A stretch of DNA of 57,032 bases, the filler included, from Sphacelaria rigidula (Eukaryota), in assembly GCA_964200075.2 (NCBI GenBank). It is 5 parts of 5 records of this genome, joined end to end, with 100 filler letters (N's around TTAATTAATTAA, not from the genome) between each part and the next. Parts side by side here need not be neighbours in the genome. Positions count along the whole stretch, not along the records: positions 22,856 to 34,181 come from CAXNAA020005057.1; positions 34,282 to 45,607 come from CAXNAA020005058.1; 3 more parts are not named here. The stretch is one strand, 5' to 3'. The notes beneath the pieces were generated by a model that saw nothing but the letters and a program-made list of their open reading frames with translations, did not search any database and was not told the DNA's origin. The position numbers and the translations under genes were made by a program. Shown here in pieces: positions 23,974 to 37,410 of the stretch (its first letter is position 1; each line of letters starts with the position of its first letter).

Positions 23974-26900
23974 ATGCCGCCGACATCTACCTCCACAACT
24001 GCATCCCCAGAACCTATGAATGTGCAACCGCCATCAGAGAATGCAACACCCGCTGCCGCTCCTGCCGCTCCAACCGAGACGAGCAATGGCTCGCTCACGC
24101 CAGCAACTTCAGCTGCAACAGCTTTGGGAACCAATGGTATTGCAGAAGAGGCCGCTGCGGTGATTGCATCGAGGCTGAACGGTGGAAGTGTTACAGCGGC
24201 ACCTGCCGCGGTGGCTGTGAAGATGGAAGGTGCGGCAGCGGCGAGCGGAGCAACGGGGGAAGGGAAGACAGAGGGCGAGCAGCAGCCGCAGGCTCAGCCT
24301 AGAAGGAAACGGATGAGGAGGGGAGGATGGGACACTCCGGCCGTGCCTGCGGTGCCTGTACCTACTGCTCTACCTACTGTGGCTCTTCCTGTCAATCCCC
24401 TGCAGGTGGGTGACAAATCTGTGGAGTTCTGGTGGTCGGATCGAGCTGTTCGGTTTTGTGTTGCAGCCCTCCCTGCTGCGAGCTTTTGTGTGTTCTTCGC
24501 CCAACAAGACCTGGTCACTGAATCGACTATCTGATAAATACCTTCTTCACTGCAGTGTGCCCAATGTGCCGATGAACTATTGTAGCACTGGTAATGCCCA
24601 TGTGGTATGGGTCGTGCTACGCGTCATGCATGCGACTACCGTGGTGTAGGATGAACGTGTGCTTGACAGTGTCTCGGTTCATCACTAGCGCATTATTTTC
24701 CCTCGTTTCCGGGCCGTGAGACATTCACCGCGTGGGCAGGAACCATCGCTGCTCATGAGTTCAACTACACTCGGAGCGAGGCTGTACCCGATACAGTAGA
24801 GTCAAAATAGCCGCACCCAGAGGATGACAGTGCATCATCAACTGTACGATTCGGGTGGCGGAGTATTTCGTTACACATGTCCCTGACGGATGTTTGAACT
24901 ATTTGTTGTTTTTGTGCACATGGTATGGTCGTGGGACATCTCCGGAACTAATATATCCTCAGCTCTTCGCATATCCCTCATTTCATCGAGGTTCGACATT
25001 TTTTTCTTTTCCGTCCCGATGTGGGCATCACATACAACATATTATGTCCGACTCAATCTTGGAAGAAGCTGATTTGCCTCTGTTCTGTGTGCACCCAAGA
25101 ATCTTTCGAGCCCTAAAACGGTGATACAAAAATAGATCACTCACATCAGCAGTGTTGGAAAAAATAATTGCACCCTCTTAAAAACCAGTATTGTACGTCG
25201 TGCCTCGCTGGCATGACGCGTAGGGCGTACTTCCACATTGAGGCTGAGAGCTTGACTCTGCTTTATATATCGAATAACTCATCCCTGCACCGCTCTTTTG
25301 TGCGGGGCCTCATTCACAAACCCCTTCCGCCACCACATACACACCATACCCGCGGAGATCTCTGAATAATGTGAACCACGGGGGTTCATTTGAGGTGTAC
25401 GAATAATCCCGCACAGAACTAAGGTTCGGCACCTCGTTGTATCAACTGCTTTGCAAGAAAGACGATGTGGCGAGCACATGTGTAGTTGTTTTAGTTGGCG
25501 GGTGAGCTGACCGTTGATGCATCAGTCAGTCGTTGTCGTAGTGTTGAGCGTTTGAACTCGTGTTCCTGTGTCATATTGAAAGAGTACGTGATGACAGTTG
25601 GATTCTTGAGTGTTGTACAGGGTCCGACTGTCCACATGACCGGAGGCCGCAGTCAAGATACGACAGCACCCATCGCCACGGTTCCCGGACCTACCATACA
25701 CCACGGCTTCGCGACTTTTGGGAGCGAGATGCCAATCGAGCCAATGGCTACTCGCGTTCGTCCCCAAAATGGCCACACGTTCGGGGGGGGGGAGATTCCC
25801 CTCAACACGGCTCTCCTGACCATGGCTTGTCTCGTCAAACCCCCAACTTGAACCTCAACCCAATGCAGACCGAGAGCCCTAGAGCAAGAGGGATTCATGA
25901 TGTCTCGTACAAAGTGTTCGTTGGTTACGCCGATTTGGACCAGAGTGGGTGCTGAGCCCGCTGGATTACGCTAGCCCTAGCGCAGCAAGCCCTTTGAAGA
26001 CGCGAATACGATTGGCTCAGATTTGAACGGAGTCGGTTTCAACCACGAGTTTGGGAAACCGGGGCGAGTAATGGTACCGAGGTATGGAGTGTCTCACAAT
26101 GGAGTGTGTGTCCTCCCCCCCCCCTCGCAAGCACGATGGTGGGACTTCGTTTAATCGATGCATTCTGTTTCAAATTTAGTTTGATCGGCGAGCGTGACAT
26201 CCACTCTGAGATTTTTTTGTATTGAGAGGTATCTCAAACTCGAGGTTTCACGTGTATTTGACAGTAAATTACTGATGAATATCCGTCGAAACCTATTGAT
26301 CTACTTTTTTGTGATGAAACTAGAATGCCGCTCATACTTTTTTTCGACACGATCATGTGGAGAAAGACACCCCGTGTTTCAAGCTCGAAGCAGTTGTGAA
26401 ATGTGAACAGAGAGACACCGGCCAACCAACCATGTACAGCAATAGTCATCATTCTTCCTTCTTGGTCATGCTTTGGATTTGCCCCGAGTAGAGATCAGCA
26501 CCAATTCCAGAGGCGCTGAACGGCGTCGAAGCAAGCATGGGCTAGGATGTACCAGGGTCAAGCTGACTCTTCTTTTTTTACTCTAGCTTCGTCGTTGACG
26601 GGGTGTCGGAGAACGTGGGCTTTGTTTGGGACATGAAGCGGACCCCCTGGAGAGAGGTTTTGGAAGAATGAGTTTTCGAAAATGCACAAGTAGACTGTGT
26701 GAAGGTAAAGACAGCATCGGAGATTGTCGAAGAAAATCTTCGGATTGCGCGGGTACCTTTATATGGAGGTATCTAAAACTCGAGATTCATTCCACATTCG
26801 TTTCACAAAAACATATATCGGGAACCTCGAGATTGAGATATATATTTCAATTATCGTCGTCACGTCATTCAGCTAACATCACACCCTTGAACAGCGAGCG

Positions 26901-29900
26901 TCGCCTCGGAACAGTTTCATATGCTGACAGTCCTGATACAATGGGGGGGAGGGGGGCAGTGGCCAGTGGGTGAGATGTTTTAGGGGGGGTGTTGTGCGCA
27001 GAGGAGGTGAACAGCTCACCATATCAACCATGTGTGTCTGGAATATTCCCGCGGATGATTTCAAGCCAGGAGCGAAGCCCGAGAGGTGGACTTTCATACC
27101 CCTATCCGTGAGTTCTGTAGGCGTCCCGTCCCGTACCGGGGGCACGGATGTGCTCTTGATAAGATACCCGGTTGCCGGTACGGGTTCTGTGTAGCCTCCA
27201 TAACTTGCCCGACAGTTTCTGTGAATCTTGTACGCCTTCGAGTGATGTACATATTGTTTGCCCGCACCCGGAGGGCGGGAATGCCCTTCATGAAATATCC
27301 GATTGCCGGTAGGGTCTCCTAAAACCTCCCACAACGTACCCGACAAGTTCTGTAATTCCTAAGGGACGTTCGAACCGGTACCCTGCAGTTTTGTAATTTT
27401 TGCACACCTTGGGCAATATATCATCAATAGATGCAATAGACGAGAAGTGTACTGTATAAAAGTATGGGCCTATTGCAACTATTGCCGGCCGACAATGGTC
27501 GCAATATGCCTATACTTGGCGCAGTACGTTTCCTGTCTATTACATCTATTGACCACACATTGTCCAGGGTGTGAATTTTTTTAAGAAGTTCATACCCGTA
27601 CCCGATATTGCTGTAAGTTCTGTAAGGAATCCCATGCCTCACTGAACATATCGATACCCTCAAACACAACCTTGGAAAATGAGCACGTAGTTAGGCTTCT
27701 TCCTATTATGTTAAAACGGGTTCTGTGTTCATTGTGACTAATCAGTATTTTCAATGGAATCGATTTTTCAAAACCCGTGCTAGCATAATAGGTAAAAGCC
27801 TACACGTGGTTCCGCCGAAGGTGCACTACTTCGCCGTCTACCGGCATTTCTCATTTTGGTCAGAGCAGCTTAGCCATAGATGACATGGACACAACTAACT
27901 TGTCATGTACTCTTCTTGAAGTCTATGCCGCCTGTTTGATGCCTCATGTCTTGCCAGCATAGCGTTACACTGTCTGTAGTGTTGTTGAACACTAAGCAGA
28001 AGCATCAGCAGCATGCAGTGATTTGTGTTGATGTGGAGGGCGATGGCACGCTGACTATTCCTCGCCGTTGTATCCAAGGGAGAAAAACGCTATTTATTAA
28101 CTGCACGGTCGAAACCGGTCGGGAGATATCCGGAACTATTTTCGATGTAAGTTTCGAACATTCACGTCTTGCTGAAGAAAGTTGTCATCTGTAGCAAAAA
28201 AGGAGCTGTTCTAAACCCCCCAGTGCATAGCCCGTCCCAGTCCACTTGCGGGGGGGGTCGCCGTCCAAGGGCCATGTGGAAGGTCATATTCGACGTTTTG
28301 CGGATGACTAATGAGATTTACACCCCGAAAATCGATTTCTACGAATATTGCTCCTGGGGAAAGAGTTTTTTTTCCCTCACTTGTCCGCACTTGAAAAAAT
28401 CGCCGTTCCAATGCTTCCTCTGCATTATTGTAGGATGGGTCAACATGGCACATGACGGCCCCCTCTATACGCTAGATATCACCCGTCGGTGACGTATGCT
28501 GAATCATGCACCTCCCTGCAAAACCTAACTTCGTTTATAGCTTGATATTCATTCTTTTTCTTTCAAGACGCAACCAAGATTTGAACAATCGTGGACAACA
28601 ACCCAAAAACCGAAACAAGTCAAGTGATCCCTGAAACCCTACCCCCAATTTCTGTACTTTGAGTACGACTTTCAAAATACCCCGCAATTGAGTACTTCCT
28701 CGGTCCCATCAGTAAAAGTACCTGAATTTGTACGAGCCCTCAATGATGTCCGATCGGGTTTTTTTAATGAACTCTACGGTGTTTCTTGGGTTGAGAAAAT
28801 GTGTTCAAATTTGCAGCTTGTGCTTGAACCATGCCGCCAAATGGCTGCAAAAAAAGTTGTCGGCCCACAAATGGCCGTCTCTGCCCTCCCGGAGGGGGAA
28901 AAAATGTCGAGTTTTTTGTAATTTTATTAATCGCCCCCGCCTTCACTGGGGCTTGCTGCCAGGAAGTCCCACGTGTTCGCAAAGGCCCCATGATCATATT
29001 TTACCACACTTTCCAATGTCCCCGCCCTCTGGCGCGTCCTAACCCCGGTGTGCTCCACACTAGAGTCGTCATCGCCCATCTTCTGAAGTTTTTTTCGACA
29101 CTTTCGTTGCCCCTCGGAAAGGAACAAAAAAACGGCCATTCTTGGGCCTCCTACTTTTTTTGCAGCCGTTCAGCGGCATGGTTCAAGCACGAGCTCCAAA
29201 TTTTGAAACGCATTTTCTTGACCCCAAAAACACTGTATAGGCTGGGCCGCCCATGACGCGTACAGGGATATGAACACGCGATTTAGCAGCTCAATTTTGC
29301 GTCGTTTTCTTTGAAATTTTGACACAATGTGCAGGAAGTATGTGCGAAGACGCCCCCATTTGCCCCGTACATTTTTTTTTGGGGGGGGGGGAGTTATTTA
29401 CGATTTTGTTCCGAAAAACTGTTCTGTAATTGGTCGCCGACAACTTGGGGGTAAAAACAAAAAATGTACGGGGCAAATGGGGGCGTCTTCGCACATACAT
29501 TCTGTACATATACCTCATGTATGCCTTGTTGTACAACCACAACTAGTGCAGCACCATCACTTTGCGGCCCCGGCACAACTGACAGTAACCGTAAATGCGA
29601 TTTCAGCCGTTTTTCCCCCTAACGCCGCCGCACATGCTACCCTCAACTCTCTACACGTCGCAGCTGACTGCAGTTTGGTATTTCGTCTGATGGGATCTTG
29701 TCAGATCTCAGTGCTACGTGGAGTGAAAGACGCGCGTTGATTTTCAGGTTACCAAGATGTGTCGAAGTAGGCACAACTCGCGATAGATCGTCAGCTAGAC
29801 CCGGATGAAGGAAAGTCCGCTTCTTGGGCGGCCCAGCCTGTAGAGTTCATCTAAAAATAAAGAACGATCCTACATGGTTAAGGGCCAGTACAAATTTAGG

Positions 29901-32900
29901 TACCTTTACTTATGGGACAGAGGACGTATACTCTACTCGACCTGCCCTTGAAAATAACCAATTGTACTGTACTTGACTGTCTTGCACACGTAATGCTCGT
30001 TGCCTTAGTCAGCACTAGCGAGGATTGCTTTCGGGCTCGAGAACTGAACACGACCGAGAGAGGTGGGGTTGCGCTTTTGCTCTCACCTTGACCCCGACCA
30101 TCCTGTTGTGTCCTCCAACACAAATTTCAGATTTGTCCGAAATCCCACCAATCTCCGATGTTTTTTACGGATATACCCTTTATGATGGATTTTGCACAAT
30201 GTTAACCCGGCAAAAAAAAGTGACCTACTCGATTATGGGGACCTGCCGTATCGTACAAGAGGGTGCTCAAATCGTACAAAGGCATCCTTTGGCGCGGGCA
30301 TGTGTGAGCTTATTTTGCGCTTCCCTGTTTCCTCGTTTTTTCTTCCGCCTCTCTTCCCTGTCTGCTGCCTCTCGCCCATCGATCTACACGCGCATTCTCC
30401 TCATTCGTGTTTTTGTTGTTGCTTTCCCCGTTGTCTTGTGTATGTGTGTGTGCATTCTTGTTTCCTGTCTTGTGTGTGTTCTCTTGTCTTCTGCTTCTTC
30501 TCTTTTTCTTGCTTTCTCGTGCCTTCCGGCCGCTGTTTCCCCGCGTGTACTCTCCGCCGCTCTATCCTTTCCCCTCTCCCCCAACTTCCGCCCCTCTCGA
30601 ACGTGTCTTTTTTTCTCTGTCTGGGGGGGGTTATTGTCTGTGTCGGCTCCCGGTTTTTCCCGTTTCCCTTGCTTCAATGCCTTCGACCATCTATTGTGAT
30701 CTCTTCTCCCTTGGTTACTATTCTTTCTGTGTGTGTTTCGTTTGTTCACCTCAAATTGGGACCACACGCTCTCTTTTTTTTTTCATCTGCCGGATTGGAC
30801 TCGTGACCCAACCGATAGAACCGGAACGGCTACTTGCTCTCAGTGTCAGCATCCACCCCATTCAAAGGTAGATATTACATATGAACGGTACTCCAGGGTC
30901 TCCAAAGGGTACCGTCAGTGCTCAGTACTCCGGTGTACATGGAGTATCGACGGACGATTGTACTGGGGGCGAGCTTCAGCACATGATTTTCCGATCGAAA
31001 AAGTGCGGTGGAAAATGAAAATCACGATTTGATACATCATTAATGTACAACATAAAAGTCGTGGGCATTAACGATTTTCTGTGAGATTAGATTTTTTTCT
31101 CCTTTCCGTCCCATTCTCACGATTAAAAAACGTTCTGCCAAGACACGGCCTGGGTGTCCCGTAGTACGTGAAGTGATTGGAAGCAGAATCTTTACGCGAA
31201 AAAATGGCATCGGCACCGCAGTAGATCGGTCAAAGGCAGATGAAACCAGTGGAGACCTACTGGAGGTTGAAAAGTCCCGGCGTACAACCTCTCTGACTAC
31301 CCTGCCAAGCACTGGTGTCTCCATCTACTACAGCTCGGAAATGGTTGGTCGAACCATCAACCAGTTGAATGGTTGCGCGTAGCGCACTCACTAACCAGGT
31401 GAAGGGTGGATAACGGTTTGGTCATCGAGCGGCGCAGCCGCGAGCCAAAAAGCCCCCCTAGGCAGAGGGACCCCCGCTGGAGGCTCCATGTGCGAGGCAC
31501 TTTTTTACGTGATTTGGCTTCACTAAAGCTAAAAAAATATTGAATTTGGGCCAATTTCCAAGAGCTGCATGTGCATTCATAGCCGATAACGGTAACCGAT
31601 GGTTTGAAACCATTATCCCAAATTTTCACATAACCATCACCATTATTATCATTATAATGATGGCCAGTTACAACTGGTACCATTTCCGAGCTCTACCATT
31701 TGCACATGAAGCACGTCGAGTACTCAACTGCCTGGTGCACTCAGGATCCCGTAGTTTCTCGGGCGTTGACACGTCCAAAGTGCTGAGTTCTGAGCAACAC
31801 CTCTTGAGCATGCTGACTATTCCAGAGTACCTCCCAAGCACCCGGAGTATTGACTCATCCGAATTACTGGATAGTCCAAAGCACCTGCAGTATCGACACC
31901 ACAAATTACCCGGATACGGACTCTCCCCTGTCCCAAGCACATCCGCACCAATTATGCAGTCAGTACCGTACCCCACACGGGGTCAACACCTTCCCCCGCG
32001 CGCCCTCTGTGCGCCACACCCAACCGCACACCAATTTTGGCAAGGCCCTGGATCTCTCCTGGCGCGATCATGTTTCGCGGCTCTTTTGTCGATATATTGA
32101 AGGAGCGAAAACTGCAGTCGTGCAGGTAGGTGCATATATGCCCATCAGTTTTTTGCGTGCAAGTAATTAAAGACAACAAAAGACGTCCATTTTTTCTTCT
32201 TTTTTTTTCTCCCTCAGGAGATGCAGAGAAAGTTGGCGGCGGAGCAGGTGGCCGCCGCCATGGGTCAAGCCCCACCGGTAACCTCTGTCGCAGCGGGTGC
32301 GGTGAAGATGGGACTCTCCATGGGTGCGCTCCCGCCCCCAGTGACCAGGGCGCCTGTGGCTTCGCCGGCTGTCCAGGTGAGAAGTTGATGGATCGTCTCG
32401 CGTCGGCTGATGCGCCACGATACAAATCCAGCGATACCGTCGGGGATGACAGGAAATGGGCAAGAAGCCCAAGCTTCAAGGAAATCACACGTTTGAGGAA
32501 ACGAAGGGACCAAACTATGAGTAAGGGAGGCACGAGCGAACGTTGTAAGAGAATGATGTTTGTTGGGCGTTTGTTGCTGACTGCACCCGAACTTGTTATC
32601 TTTTGCTGTTGTATAGAAGACCAGCTGGTGAACTCATTATCGGCCTCACCTCCCGACGTGGCGTGATGGGTGATATGACAGTTGAGGTGGCCACACTGTG
32701 TTTGACACGCCGTACCCACCCCCATCCCTGCCCCTAACCTTGTCTCGAACAATCTCTCGTCTTTCGTGTGTCTTGGCACAGGATAACCCTAGGCGGATTT
32801 ACGTGGGGTCGTTGCACTACGACATCAAGCAGAGCGATGTCACGTGAGTGGATCTGGCTCGTACGGTTTTTGCAAGTCGACCTGTACATCGCGTGTCGTG

Positions 32901-33793
32901 TTTGGATGTGCATCTACCTGTTGGTCCCGTTGTTTCTCGTTGCAGTCTCGTCACTGATGGTGCTGAGACACGGCATCAAACTACTTCTTCGCTCTTGCTT
33001 GCTCAGTAAAAATGTACAGAGTATTATTTGAAGAAGAAAAAAAGAGGAAACCTGTTTCTGTTGCTTTCCAACTCCCCCTCTCCCACAATAAAAAAAACGA
33101 AAAATGCGATGAATATTTCAGGACGCCTCCAGTACGGAAGCTTGGCTATGTAAAAATGTACTCGCCACAACCGCCCAAAACGAGGATCGCAGCCAGCCGA
33201 TTGGCCGACGAGGGCCCTCGCAAAGTACGAAAATATTCTCGACCACTTCGTAATTGCATTGATTTCTGATCTGGACCTTCCAGTGAGCATGAAATGTTCC
33301 GCCTGGTTATGGTCATATGATGATGAGCAGCATCCGTAGTTGAGCCTTAGGCCGCAACAAGGGTCCATCTGGATCATGCACACTGTTTCTGGGTGAAAAA
33401 TTGATACCGATTCAACAGATGACCTTCTCTCGCCGTCTGAAAAAAAAGGGTTTCAAATCCCCCGAAAGTCGGAATAGCCCAAACACGGCCTACATGTGAA
33501 GAATGTTATAGGTGCAGAGCACGTGTCATGACGCGTATCCCGCCATTTGGTTGTGACACTTGTAGAGTGAGCGGACCCGCTGTCTGATGCCTCCCCTTCT
33601 GTCGTGCCACTCACGTCCGATCAACAGCGCTATCTTTTCGGCGTTCGGCACGTTGAAACTGGTGGACATGTCTCACGACCCCGTCTCCGGTCGTCACAAG
33701 GGCTTTTGCTTCGTCGAGTACACGGACGTGAAGGGCGCCGACAACGCCCTGGCTACCATGAATGGCTTCGAGCTTGCGGGCCGCGCGATTAAG
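23974..33793 (+). CDS. PUF60: PUF60-like poly(U)-binding splicing factor (RRM protein), 5' partial; exons 23974-24405, 32218-32376, 32782-32843, 33628-33793
   Basis: All three introns are GT..AG with consistent phases (0,0,2). The spliced product reads ...VNPLQ|EMQRKLAAEQ...ASPAVQ|DNPRRIYVGSLHYDIKQSDVT|AIFSAFGTLKLVDMSHDPVSGRHKGFCFVEYTDVKGADNALATMNGFELAGRAIK. This is a full RRM with RNP2 (IYVGSL) and RNP1 (KGFCFVEY). DMSxD and HKGFxFVEY match PUF60 RRM1; the related RBM39 RRM2 is the alternative assignment. A donor follows at 33794, but later exons are lost at the 34182 linker. Small extra exons in the 7.8-kb intron 1 cannot be excluded. Confidence 0.8.
28695..29926. mobile_element. Stowaway-like MITE carrying two nested TA-flanked MITEs (29238-29840 and 29341-29495), in intron 1 of the PUF60-like gene
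   Basis: Outer TIR TA|CTTCCTCGGTCCCATCAGTAAAAGTACCTGAATTTGTAC / GTACAAATTTAGGTACCTTTACTTATGGGACAGAGGACG|TA; middle TIR AGGCTGGGCCGCCCA; inner TIR TGTGCGAAGACGCCCCCATTTGCCCCGTACATTTTT (perfect). Confidence 0.85.
30320..30870 (+). mobile_element. Probable LINE 3'-UTR fragment: pyrimidine-rich tract plus terminal block
   Basis: About 470 bp of T/C-rich low-complexity sequence ending in CTGCCGGATTGGACTCGTGACC...CATCCACCCCATTCAAAG. Layout parallels the other retroposon ends; single copy in the window. Confidence 0.4.
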
Positions 33794-33877
33794 GTATGGA
33801 TGTTCGTCGGTGAAAAGAGAGAGTGCCTTTGTGGGCTCCTTATTTTCTCTTCCCCGCTTTGACATGATCGATCTTCC

Positions 33878-34181
33878 CAGGGGTAGCTTAAATTGAATTT
33901 TTATTCCAAGCGTGTGTTGAATAGGGTGTTTCCTAAATTTTGCATGCGATGAGAAGTCGTACTCCCAAGTGTCCGAAAGTTGGATGAAGAATTTCGGTAG
34001 TGCTTTACTGTAACCGATACGAACTTGGAGACAAACAGTGTTTTCGTGAGATTGAGAGTAGATGGTGCGACTGAGAGTGAAAAGCGGTCAATCAGTGAAT
34101 GAAACGTTTCAGTTCCAAAATGCGTTTCCACGAGGCCTAACATGCTTTCTGAAATAGCTGGCCACTGAGGCCCTTGATATC
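33878..34181. mobile_element. Dispersed repeat with CAGGG termini (MITE-like), cut by the linker; second partial copy inverted at 45747-45905
   Basis: 34040-34181 is the diverged reverse complement of 45752-45900 (GATATCAAGGGCCTCAGTGGCCAGCTATT...CTACTCTCAATCTCACGAAAACAC). Confidence 0.7.
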
Positions 34182-34281
34182 NNNNNNNNNNNNNNNNNNN
34201 NNNNNNNNNNNNNNNNNNNNNNNNNTTAATTAATTAANNNNNNNNNNNNNNNNNNNNNNNNNNNNNNNNNNNNNNNNNNNN
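34182..34281. other. Artificial linker N44-TTAATTAATTAA-N44
   Basis: Identical 100-nt linker; truncates the PUF60-like gene and a repeat. Confidence 0.98.
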
Positions 34282-34669
34282 AAATGGAGAAGTGCATTTT
34301 TGGAGCGTCGTCTTACGCCCCAAAAGAGAGCTAGGCGGAGTTTGACACGTTGGAATGACTTGCTACACTAGTTGAGGCGGTTCCAGGACATCTTCCCGTT
34401 TTCCGGTGACCGTAGTTTCTATTTTGGCCAAGAACGGATAAAAACAGTCACCTGGGCCAGCCTAGAAGCGGATTTGAAGTTTGCAGGCCCATCGGCAATT
34501 CAATACTTGGGGGGTTGGACTCTAGAATTTGGTATGAACAATCAACAGGGTATAGCTCTAATGTAAAAAAAATGTGCATGGACCATTTTGTTTTTCATGA
34601 CTTAACGGCATTTTACTGGAACCTGAAAACTGATTATTGCCTTCAAGGCCACTCCTTGTAACAACAGGC

Positions 34670-35071
34670 AAAAATAAAAAATCTGGAAAAGTGCCGTTTT
34701 GGAGCTTTCAAGTCATTTTACACCCCAAAAGAGAGCTAGGCGGAGTTTGACACCTTGGAATGACTCGCTCTACTAGTTGAGGAGGTTCCAGGATATGTTC
34801 CCGTTCTCCGGTAACCGCAGTTATCTCGGCCAAGCAAGAATTTTTGTCCAAGAACGGTGAAGTCCAGAGGAAAATGGTGATTTTTTCTAGATTTGACCAT
34901 TTTTGGCCAAAATAAAAACTGCGGCCACCGAAGAACGGGAAGATGTCCCAGAACCGTCTCAACTACTAGAGTAAGTCATTCCAAGGTGTCAAACTCCGCC
35001 TACTGTAGCTCTCGTTTAGGGCGTAAAACAACGTGGAAGCTCCAAAACGGCACTTTTCCAGATTTTTATTG
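34670..35071. mobile_element. Palindromic MITE, family A, with a truncated copy at 34282-34430
   Basis: AAAAATCTGGAAAAGTGCCGTTTTGGAGCTT ... AAGCTCCAAAACGGCACTTTTCCAGATTTTT with long inverted arms. Confidence 0.8.
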
Positions 35072-37039
35072 TAGTCTGTCATACCGAGCGGCCTAATACC
35101 TTCCGAACTGCCAAGTTTGAGGGCTTGACTCGACCTGAGCTTTTTTACGACAGATATGGAAGGAAAACTATAAGGAGGCTTTTTCGGTCTTCGGTGCAAA
35201 TTATCAGTGGAAATCCGACGACGCCAAAACCACACATCGCGCCGAAGTATCACGACGGAGAGATGCCACGGTAGCCACCCTTCAAAAGTGGCTGGCTTGA
35301 GAAAGCAAAATCTACAGCATACGAGCCACACTGACAGCGGCTGAGCACACTGAGCAGCTGGAAACTCCCACGCTTGGGACCATTTTTGCCAATGTACCCC
35401 ATATGAGGCGCTTCATGCGGTCTGAGGCCGTGTCTTATCAAATTGTTTTCGTGTCGAAAACGTGCGGTCGACAATCGAATTCGCTCGTTTCTGATTCGTC
35501 GACGCTACTAATTTTTTCAGATGGTTGAGAACATGAATGCCGTGGACGGATCAGGTACAAGCCAATTGGATTTCACCGTACGTTTTCGAGTCGAAAACAA
35601 TTTGATAAGACACGGCCTGAAGCCAGCCATCGTGCGCTGTACAGCCATTTTTTCTTTGTGACAATTTTGGGCTGGTTTGGGGTGGAGCTATCGCGGCATC
35701 ACCTCACGGTTTGGGATGTATTTCGATCCCATCCCAACCGTCTTCAAATTTGTTCTTTACCGATAGGTTCCCGAGCTGATGGGTACTACGATTTGAAAAA
35801 AGTGGAAATTGGGTAAAACATGAAGTGGTGATTTGTGTTTTTAATCTCAGAACAATTTGAAGGCCGCTGATTGATCGAAGTACCCCTTCGCCCCAAGTGC
35901 CACCGCTATGGCCTTCGGCAAAAATCCGGCAACCCCACCCTCTTTAGCTGTCTATGGCGGTCAGTATGATACTATGTATGCGACTATTGGGTGGGTATTG
36001 CTGAAAATATGTGCTCACGATACAATTTCAGGTGATCAGCATTAACCAGCTCGTAAGGGTATTTTTCACTCGTCTAATATTTCCCTCCAACTTTCTCAGC
36101 CAGGGCAGGCAATAGATCAATTCAAAACTGACTACAGGTTTCTCCGAAAGTGTAGCGCCGGAATTGTTATTCAGCGTTTTCCTTGGAAGAAGTCGCAGAA
36201 AAAAATACATTTATTTTCAGAAAAGTGAAGAAAAAATCCTGAAAACTGCTGATGAGCCTCGTCGGGGCAGAGCGCAAGCCCGCGTCATGTGCCAATATGC
36301 TTCGTTGTGCATGGTACATAGAGCTGTGCGGGCGCCCTACATGGTACATGCTTCAAAACCAAGACAGTTTGGTTGCTCGCCGAGGGCGGTACGTTTGCTC
36401 CTCGTCGAGTGACTACTTTTGTCGCATTACCAACACGAATTACCGCTATCCCATCACTGTGATGAACTAACACACTTGGGGAAGGAAGAATACAGCGACA
36501 CACCACGTGCCCTTGCCACCGCTCATCTGCAGCGCCACAAAAGCGACAATGAAATAAATATATACGACACACCAACGACGCGAAAATGGTTGACATCCGG
36601 TAGGTGCGCACAGTAAATCAACCCCTGCTGGTAACTACTCTGCTCGCGGTCTGTTTCAAGAAGATTACGCCCAGCTCCGGTTCACCCGGCTGATGACGTG
36701 TTAGCGCGCCAGGATCACGACTCCAGCAGCATAGCCCCCTTAGCGTGGTGGCGCAGCAAGCAGGACTTGGAACGCACGAAAGCTGCCTTGTTTATGGAGC
36801 AGGAAGGGATAAGAGCATGTCGTCAGTGATGTAACTGTTGGTGAATCGAGATAGAAGTGTCAAGTGCGCACGGTATCACGGCATCAACAAGCATAACCGT
36901 GCAAAGCGGTTTTTTCTTCAAAAGCGGATAGAAAAAACTTGCCTTGCAGGGGACTTGTAATTCTGCCTCTTGGTGTCTTGGAGTAAAGCCAACTTTAATG
37001 GGGCCGTTAAAAAATCCTGTCGAAAACTACCTTTCGGGC

Positions 37040-37410
37040 AGTCCCTCTCCTTCGCTTTACGCCCGAAAAGAGGGCTAGGCGGATGTTGACGCCTTGGAAT
37101 GACTTGCTCTGCTCGTTGAGACCGTTCCAGGGTAATTTGGCGTTTTTCACTGGCCGCAGTTTGTTTTTGGCCAAACTTCCATCTTCAGTAATGACGATAA
37201 GGTGATCAAATTACTGGCGGAACTTCCCCTGTTTCTTTCATCACTCGACGGTTTGCTATTGAAAATACCAGTCTAGCCAACAAGAAAACTGCGGCCAGCG
37301 GGAAACGCAAAGTTGCCCTGGAACAAGTCATTCCAAGGCGTCAACATCCGCCTAGCTCTCTTGCCGGGCGTGAAACGACGGAGAAGGATCCATAAGGTGG
37401 TTTTCGACAG
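37040..37410. mobile_element. Palindromic MITE, family A
   Basis: GCTAGGCGGATGTTGACGCCTTGGAATGACTTG versus CAAGTCATTCCAAGGCGTCAACATCCGCCTAGC. Confidence 0.75.

Noticed and set aside
30025..30871. Long hydrophobic ORFs (154-224 aa) resembling membrane proteins
   Set aside because: Open in all three plus frames because the T/C-rich tract lacks stop codons; low complexity and intronic.
31952..32779. 275-aa minus-strand ORF
   Set aside because: Antisense shadow of the GC-rich exon at 32218-32376, with no recognisable domain.
36245..36280. Hammerhead ribozyme core (CTGATGAG plus a short stem)
   Set aside because: The required GAAA after stem II is missing. Other CTGANGA sites I checked by eye also lacked the fold; this was not an exhaustive search.
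36660..36830. hAT dimerisation-like peptide PLAWWRSK
   Set aside because: The following P-x-L-x-x-x-A and SER-x-FS motifs are absent, so this is likely chance.
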